DNA of 63,923 bases, counting the filler, from Olpidium bornovanus S191 (taxonomy: Eukaryota > Fungi > Olpidiomycota), in NCBI GenBank assembly GCA_017911155.1. It is 32 parts of 32 records of this genome, joined end to end, with 100 filler letters (N's around TTAATTAATTAA, not from the genome) between each part and the next. Parts side by side here need not be neighbours in the genome. Positions count along the whole stretch, not along the records: positions 56,968 to 58,536 come from JAEFCI010008017.1; positions 58,637 to 60,661 come from JAEFCI010007000.1; positions 60,762 to 62,172 come from JAEFCI010011294.1; positions 62,273 to 63,923 come from JAEFCI010011009.1; 28 more parts are not named here. The stretch is one strand, 5' to 3'. The notes under the pieces were generated by a model. That model worked only from the letters and a program-made list of their open reading frames with translations, made no database searches and was not told the DNA's origin. The translations under genes were made by a program, and so were the position numbers. Each line of letters begins with the position of its first letter. The stretch's first letter is position 1. Positions 57,357 through 63,923 of the stretch are shown in pieces.

Positions 57357-58304
57357 ATGGCCGACTCCGCGGACGTCTTCGCCGCCTTGAGGTCCCCGCA
57401 GTCGCCGAGGACCTCCCTGGCCGCCGCACGGCCGGAAGATCCCTTCGACCCCGGCATCTGGAACCAGGCCGGCTTCGCCCCGCTGCACGTCGCCGTCGCC
57501 GCCTGCGCCGAGGCCGGCGATCCGGAGAAGGCGTCCGTGGTGGAGCTGCTGTTGCGCCAGGTACAAGGAAATTGGCGCGGCGACGGGCCTGGAGCAAGAC
57601 CGCCGGGCAAAACGGGAGTTCATCCCCGCCCGAAACCCCCCGCGATGTCTCACTTCCCCTTCCCCTCCCTCCGTTTGCGCCGTGCGCCGGGATCGTCCCT
57701 CGTTTTTTTTTTCCCCTCCGTTTGCGTTCTGGTTCTCCGTTCCGCGGCCCGAAAGTTCAACGTCGACGTCCACGTCCGCGACGCGTCTGGCAACACGCCG
57801 TTGCACACGGCAGCCGCCACCGGGAGCGGCGATGCCGCAAATCTTCTCCTGTCCGCGGGCGCCGATCCGTTTCCGGCGAACCTAGACGGTCGCCTGCCAG
57901 TTGCGTGCGCTAAGACACCCGAAACGGCCGTCCTACTCAACGGTGGGTCCCGGAGATACGAGGGCGCAACGACTTGGTCCCGTAGTGACTGCTTATCAAG
58001 TGTCACCTGGCCTCGTTCGAACGCGGCACGCTTACCGTCCGAAACAATGCCACCAGGGCGCATGGAAGAGTACGAGCAACCCAGCGAAGTCAACGCCGTA
58101 AGCTCTGGCGCGCATCGCTCGGTTTTCGATCAGTGTTCCAGTTTTCCAACTCGAGCCCCCCATCACGAACAGGAATCTGCGAACGAGCTGCGTCAAATAG
58201 AGGAAAATCTTCCAAACGACCTGCCGGTGCTCAGAGGATTTATTATGCATACCCTTCGCGACCGATGCATCCTCGAAGAGCGGTGCCGTGTACGTCTGGT
58301 GTAA
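57357..58304 (+). CDS. Ankyrin-repeat protein, spliced
   Basis: NQAGFAPLHVAV...VVELLLRQ; DVHVRDASGNTPLHTAAATGSGDAANLLLSAGADPFPANLDGRLP. Confidence 0.75.
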   Translation: MADSADVFAALRSPQSPRTSLAAARPEDPFDPGIWNQAGFAPLHVAVAACAEAGDPEKASVVELLLRQVQGNWRGDGPGARPPGKTGVHPRPKPPAMSHFPFPSLRLRRAPGSSLVFFFPSVCVLVLRSAARKFNVDVHVRDASGNTPLHTAAATGSGDAANLLLSAGADPFPANLDGRLPVACAKTPETAVLLNGGSRRYEGATTWSRSDCLSSVTWPRSNAARLPSETMPPGRMEEYEQPSEVNAVSSGAHRSVFDQCSSFPTRAPHHEQESANELRQIEENLPNDLPVLRGFIMHTLRDRCILEERCRVRLV

Positions 58305-58719
58305 TTTCGGGGCGGGCCGTCATTCGGCAATTCCAAGGGTCAGAGTGACTTCGAATGACTTCGGTTGTTCGTAGAATGAGCTACGAAGTCAAGTCGCGAA
58401 GAAGCAAATTGCGCTTCATAGAGCGGACTTATTAGAGGTTAGTTTGGTGCAAATGCCGCTCGCCGGTGCCGGACGGAAAGTAGTTGCTAAAGAAAACGGA
58501 TTATGTCCGTCCGAAGCGAGCAGCCGGCATTCATGANNNNNNNNNNNNNNNNNNNNNNNNNNNNNNNNNNNNNNNNNNNNTTAATTAATTAANNNNNNNN
58601 NNNNNNNNNNNNNNNNNNNNNNNNNNNNNNNNNNNNCATGAAGACGAGAACAAGTAAAGGTTAACAAAGGCCAACTGCGAGCAAAACCGTTCGACAAGGT
58701 ACCGCGTTGGACGACAGAC

Positions 58720-59497
58720 CTTGGGGTTGTGGCGGACAAAAATCTTCTTATACTTATCCTTAAAGGCGAAATTCAGGGCCTGGGTGGGGAAATAGCGGAC
58801 GATGTTCGCAGTGTTTCCGCGCCTGCAAGTCGTCAACACACGGTAAGTCGCCAAAACAGTGAGTTTAAGTGTCGCAACTTTGTTCGTTTTCGCAAGACCT
58901 ACCACAACGACAAAACACCCTGCTCCTGCGGGATGCGCCTGAAAGCATCTATGATGCCCTTGTACTGCTTATCTTTGGCGATCTGAGAGGATGCATCTTG
59001 GACCTGCAAAGACGAACAGTTTGTGTTTCAACAGAGTTAGAACCTCGTGGAACTGATACCAAAACCCTCATGTGCAAAATAAACGCGCCTGCAGAAGGAG
59101 CTTGACACGCTCGATCGGCGCAACAACGGTTTTGGAGATACCGCCGGACACGCCACCAGCGAGCAGGTCGATAAGGAACGACGTAACCGGACTAGTTTGT
59201 TTGATACGGTGTCGAGGGTAAAAGCGCGTGGTGCCAAACTGGTAAGCATTCGCGCGAACGCGTCGGGAAAGTGGATGGCCTCGCTTTTTACAGAAACGGT
59301 TGACGCAAAATCAACTGTGCACTGTCCGCCCCGGCAAAAAACGACCAAACCCGCGAGGACCAACCGGCAGGTGCCCGGCGATACCGCACCCCCGAACGCC
59401 CCACGTCCCGTCGCCGGACGCACTACTGGCCCGCGACCGGGCGACGGCGCCCGGATCCGCCTCGTACTCACTCGCGCTTCTGCTGGGCTGCAGCCAT
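58720..59497 (-). CDS. AAC: ADP/ATP carrier, exons 59497-59472, 59191-59089, 59003-58903, 58822-58720 (3' partial)
   Basis: Spliced product [105 protein letters not shown]. Intron phases are consistent. Confidence 0.95.
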
Positions 59498-60922
59498 CTT
59501 GCTGGTCTTTCAAGGGGATATTTGGGAAAAGGAAGGGGAGAGCGGGTGGGCGGGACAGCCGAAGAGTGGTGCGGACGATGTGGGACGGAGGGTTGAGCGG
59601 GGGGAGAGGGGAAGAAGGTCTGTTGTTGGTTGCGGTGCCGGGGCGGCTGTGGGGAGAAGCGAGGAGGGGGGACGGTTTGTTGTTGTTGTTGTTGTTGTTG
59701 TTTTTTTTTTTTTTTGATAGGGGGGGGGGGATTTGACAGGTGACCTCCCTCTTTCTCCTCGGCGCCTTCCCCAGTTGCATTCGGTGCATTATTCCGCAGG
59801 ATGATCACCTGCGTATTGAAAACCCCGTGCTTGAGGCGTCAAGCCAAGCTCATGCATTATATGCAGATCACGTGACCATCTCTTTTTTACCGCAACTTGG
59901 TGCTGCTGCACTGTGGCCACTGCCGCGCCAACACTCGGAGCATAACACCGAGAACCCGAGCAGAACGCCGAGCCGCCCTGCCCGCTGCTGCCCGCAAAAG
60001 CCCAAGCCGCCGCGGACTGGTGCTGATAATGTCTCTTCCCTCCCCGCGATGGCGGCACCAACGCCCTCCCTCGCCCCCCGTGATGACTCTCCGGCGTGGA
60101 ACGCCGCTGACCTCCCCATAAGGAAATCATTCAGGGTGGAATCATTCTGGCTCCCCAACCATAACCCGCCACCCACTCCTCCAAGGTTGCTCTCTTTCTG
60201 CAAAGCTCCTCTTTAGGCAAAGACCAACAGCGTAACCAATTTTCAGCTTCTTCCGGTGCGTGTGGCGGCTGTGGGAGTGGCGATGGTTCTTTCGGTTTTC
60301 CAAAATTGCGCCGGAATGGGACATCCGAGGCTTTAATGGGTCAATTTTCTGGACCGTAGGGAGGGGAAAAGGGGAGAAGGGTTGTTTTGCTCGAGTGCGG
60401 TTCGGGTCCGCCGCAAAGTCGGCTTCCTCCGTTATAATTGCGCTGCCTGGTCCACGGTTCCGTGATACGGGGAGGACGACGGACGACGGACGACGAAGCC
60501 CACACGACGGCGCAGCGCTCCGGGGCCATCCCCGTTCGTTATCAGGATTTGAGCTCGGCTACCTTTGAAACTTCATTTTGTTTTGACTTCAAAGTTACGA
60601 AGTCGAAATGTGGCAGGAGGGCGTCGGGGGAAGGGGGCTGGGTCACTGCCGCGCCGTCAAANNNNNNNNNNNNNNNNNNNNNNNNNNNNNNNNNNNNNNN
60701 NNNNNTTAATTAATTAANNNNNNNNNNNNNNNNNNNNNNNNNNNNNNNNNNNNNNNNNNNNCATGATAGCAAGGAAAAAATTACAGAAGGACAAAGACCG
60801 TTCGTCTGCTCAAACTTTTTTATATATCGTGGGGAATGGAGTGGCGCGAACGAGAAAGACAGAGACGCAAAAACACGCACGAAAACGCACGCGCGCATAG
60901 GCAAACACACACACACACACAC

Positions 60923-61310
60923 CTTGGTACTTGCCGTACCCGCCCTGGACCTTTTCGTGCTCGCCCTTCTGGACTTCCCTCTCCAGTATCCGCGTGCGCT
61001 GGGGCTTGTCGAAGTTTGCGACCTTGAGGAGGTGGGTGGCGTTGAGGTAGGAATCGGAACGCCTCCGCATGACGGCGACGCCGCGGCAGATGAACTCCCA
61101 GACGGGCACGCCGGAATAGGTGGCTTTGAAGATCTGGTTGATGGTGACCCCCTCCCTCCTCCCCGGCATCGGCGGCGGCTCCCCGTTCCCTTGCTCCCAG
61201 GCGGCGGCGCGTTCCGCCGCGGCGGCGGCGGCGATGGACTCCGACATCGACATGGTTGCTGCTGCCCCGGGCTGCGCTCCTCCTTCGGGGCCCGGCTGCC
61301 TGCCAGACAA
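60923..61310 (-). CDS. MBP1: SBF/MBF DNA-binding subunit (Mbp1/Swi4/Res), KilA-N APSES exon
   Basis: [71 protein letters not shown]. The paralogue identity (MBP1/SWI4/Res) cannot be resolved. Confidence 0.9.
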
Positions 61311-61389
61311 AACGAAAAGGCGACGGCCGGAGTCCTAGCGGGGCCCCGCCGAACGCTCCGCCTCTGCCACTTTCGTGCCTTGCCTGTTC

Positions 61390-61790
61390 GCTGTCTCACT
61401 ACTCTCTCTCTGTGCCTGTTTGCTCTTTCTCTCTGGCTGCTTTCCCTGCTCTCTGCTCTCTTTTGCCTGTCTCTCTCTCTCTTTTATCTCTCTTCGCTCT
61501 TTTTCTATTCGCTCTCTTTCTCTTCGCTTTCTTTCGTTCTTTCTCTCTCTCTCTCTCTCTCTCTTCCCCCCCCTCTCTCTCTGTTTCACTCCGGGGCTTG
61601 CGTCTATCGCTGTCTCCGCCCGGTGTATGTTTCTCCGTCGCACTCTCTCCCTCTGCCAACTCTCTGCTCTCCCTCTGCTGAACTCTCTGCTTTCCCTCTG
61701 CTCCCTCTGCCGTCTCTCAGCTTCCTCGCCGTCTCTCTCAGCTTCTCCTTGCTCTCTCGCACTCTCTTCCGTCTCCTTCCTCTCTCGCTC
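61390..61790. repeat. Degenerate CT-rich low-complexity tract
   Basis: About 400 bp of imperfect (CT)n upstream of the APSES gene. Confidence 0.85.
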
Positions 61791-62072
61791 CGGGGCGAGA
61801 TAGCCGCTTGCGTGGCGGCCGGAGTGAGGAGGGGGGGGGGAGAAAGAGGCGTAGTGAGTAGGGGAATTTAGAAGGGGCGCGGGTTGCGAAAGGGGGGGGC
61901 GGGGCGTGGCGGCCACGTGTCTGTTAGCAATTTCCCCCCCCCCCCGGCTGATGGGAGGGTATCCGCAGTGGGCACTTTGGCACACACGGCACACGAATTG
62001 CGTGGTGTGCGTGTTGAATTTGCCGTTGCCTCTGTTGTGCTCACCCCGCCGGGTGAACTTTTTCTTTTGTTG

Positions 62073-62172
<100 letters not shown>

Positions 62173-62273
62173 NNNNNNNNNNNNNNNNNNNNNNNNNNNN
62201 NNNNNNNNNNNNNNNNTTAATTAATTAANNNNNNNNNNNNNNNNNNNNNNNNNNNNNNNNNNNNNNNNNNNNC

Positions 62274-63923
62274 ATGACCATTCTCAGCGAGAAAATAGAT
62301 CGACTGGGAGACCGGCTGCGTCAGCAGCTGGCCGACGACCGAGACTACACGATGCTGGAGGACTCGGCAATCGCGTTTGCATTCGTGATAAATGAGTTAC
62401 TCTCGATAGTGCACCAGTTATCAAGTGCCGTAGACCAGCATAACCTCGTGGCTTCAGGATACGACCAAGGTGAACTGACAGGCGGCATAGGGTCGCAGCA
62501 CGCTACGGTCGAGGCGACGATGGAGGCGATGGCGGGCGGCGTCTCAAAACTCGTTCGCGCGGCGCGGGAGATCGAGGACTCCCACCGTGCGACGGGGATT
62601 CCGGAGGCGGGCGCCGTAGAGAGGTTCGCCAAGTCTCTCAAACAACTTCTCGAAAACGCGGCTCGACTCAAAAGCGTGCCGTCAGCCGTCGCCTACCGCC
62701 AGACCAGCCTGCCCCACCCGAAGGATTCTGCTGCCGAGCGGGATGAGATCTGCGTATCGCAGTGCTTAACGGCGGTCGTCACCGCCGTGATCCATACCAT
62801 CCACGGAATTTTTGGTGAAGCGGACGGGCGAGACGACGGCGGTCTGCTCGCGAGATGCGCCGTCGGGCGCGGAAGTGCGCCGGGAGAAACGCATGGACAC
62901 CGCGAAGACTGGTGGTGGGACTGCCTGACGCAAGTCGGGCACCTCGTTCAGTTTGAGTCGCTTTTATCGACGTTCGGCGACGAGAAGGGGATGATTATGG
63001 ATTTCTGCCAATCGATACGCATCCTCCAGCAGGCCGGCGTCAGTTACCAGTTCCATTGCCTCACCGACGACGATGTGAAGTTGATCGAGGAGATGCCCGA
63101 CGAGGAGTTTTACCTTGACCCCGTGTTCCTGCGGATCAAGGGGCCGCTCTCCCGGCTGAAATTCTCGATCGGTCTGCCGGCCGCGATTTTTCGCGGTCTC
63201 CCGGACAAGTTGCAACGGGGAGATAGCATCGCGCTGCATCTAGTCCTTTTCACGCAGGGCATCAACGAGCAGCAGCTCATAGCCGACCTGGGCGGCCAGA
63301 CGAAACTCCAGGACCGCGTCAACGCGGCCTCCCTCGGAGACGTCGAGGCGCACTTGGCTCGGTGGCGGTCGTGGACGAGCAGGGCGCTCGCCGGAAAAAT
63401 TTTGGGCGCGAAGGAGGCGGAAGCGTGGAAGGGGCACGTCGGAGACGCAGGGGATCGTCTCCAGCGGTGCGTGCGAGAGCGGAAGGCCGCGGGGGCTGCG
63501 CACCGGTCGCCGGATATCCTCCACGCCGCCGCGTGGCTCACACGAGCGCTGGCTTCTCCGGTCCGGGGCCGGTGGGGGGGAAAAAGCGCGGCAGGACGGC
63601 GCAGGGGACCACAACCGTCCGTCACCAGCCGCGTGACGTCATGCAAGTCCGCGAAGGACAGGACCTCCATGTCCGTCACCCTCGAGCATGCGGGACTGGC
63701 GCGTGACTTTTACGTGGACCATGTCCGGGCTGCGGAGAACTCCCGGATGGGTCCCGCGGAAGAAAAGAGCCTGGCCGCGGGGACCAGGGGGCTCCTGGAC
63801 GCCATGAGGGGAGAGATGGGAACGAGACTGAGGAACGTGGAATTGAACTTGGGCGTGCCGTATCTCAAAGGCCTGTATGCGTTCAACGGCGTTCAGCGGA
63901 GAATCTTGGGGGTGAGTCTCCGC
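62274..63923 (+). CDS. INPP4: INPP4-type inositol polyphosphate/PI(3,4)P2 4-phosphatase (partial at both ends; absent from the ORF track because the frame has no stop in the window)
   Basis: 550-codon open frame with GHLVQFESLLSTFGDEKGMIMD, LVLFTQGINEQQLIADLGGQTKLQDRVN and catalytic TSCKSAKDRTSMSVTLE (CX5R at 63642), ending AFNGVQ before a GTGAGT donor. Confidence 0.92.
   Translation, partial: MTILSEKIDRLGDRLRQQLADDRDYTMLEDSAIAFAFVINELLSIVHQLSSAVDQHNLVASGYDQGELTGGIGSQHATVEATMEAMAGGVSKLVRAAREIEDSHRATGIPEAGAVERFAKSLKQLLENAARLKSVPSAVAYRQTSLPHPKDSAAERDEICVSQCLTAVVTAVIHTIHGIFGEADGRDDGGLLARCAVGRGSAPGETHGHREDWWWDCLTQVGHLVQFESLLSTFGDEKGMIMDFCQSIRILQQAGVSYQFHCLTDDDVKLIEEMPDEEFYLDPVFLRIKGPLSRLKFSIGLPAAIFRGLPDKLQRGDSIALHLVLFTQGINEQQLIADLGGQTKLQDRVNAASLGDVEAHLARWRSWTSRALAGKILGAKEAEAWKGHVGDAGDRLQRCVRERKAAGAAHRSPDILHAAAWLTRALASPVRGRWGGKSAAGRRRGPQPSVTSRVTSCKSAKDRTSMSVTLEHAGLARDFYVDHVRAAENSRMGPAEEKSLAAGTRGLLDAMRGEMGTRLRNVELNLGVPYLKGLYAFNGVQRRILGVSLR

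Overview
This is not continuous chromosome. It is 32 short contigs (about 1-5 kb) concatenated with 31 identical 100-bp linkers (44 N + TTAATTAATTAA six-frame stop + 44 N), so adjacency across a linker means nothing. The DNA is a GC-rich, intron-containing fungal genome. Fungal markers (SBF/MBF APSES factor, Mcd4, Sfp1-like, CotH) occur together with centriole/cilium-associated genes (the PLK4 polo-box 3 and TBC1D19), which points to a zoosporic, early-diverging fungus; an Olpidium-like organism is my guess, not verified. Mostly partial genes recognised by eye: XDH, PRKRIP1-like, a 67-aa YABBY-like HMG protein, TBC1D19, a dsRBD protein, SERRATE/ARS2, two mitochondrial carriers (SLC25A29-like and an animal-type ADP/ATP carrier), an ARM+TPR protein, a furin-like-repeat membrane protein, SFP1-like, PLK4, GT49 and GT23 glycosyltransferases, CotH, the RPL5 tail, MCD4, MRS2, an ankyrin protein, MBP1/SWI4 and INPP4. 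Many Ty1/copia and Ty3/gypsy fragments are present. The most unusual signals are a Ty3/gypsy gag preceded by a half-tRNAiMet (copia/Ty5-type) primer site that recurs three times, three candidate LTRs of only 84-91 bp, an in-frame RNaseH-to-RT permuted gypsy fusion, and contig ends strongly biased to CATG. I found no clearly novel multi-gene system. All family calls come from motif recall, not database searches.
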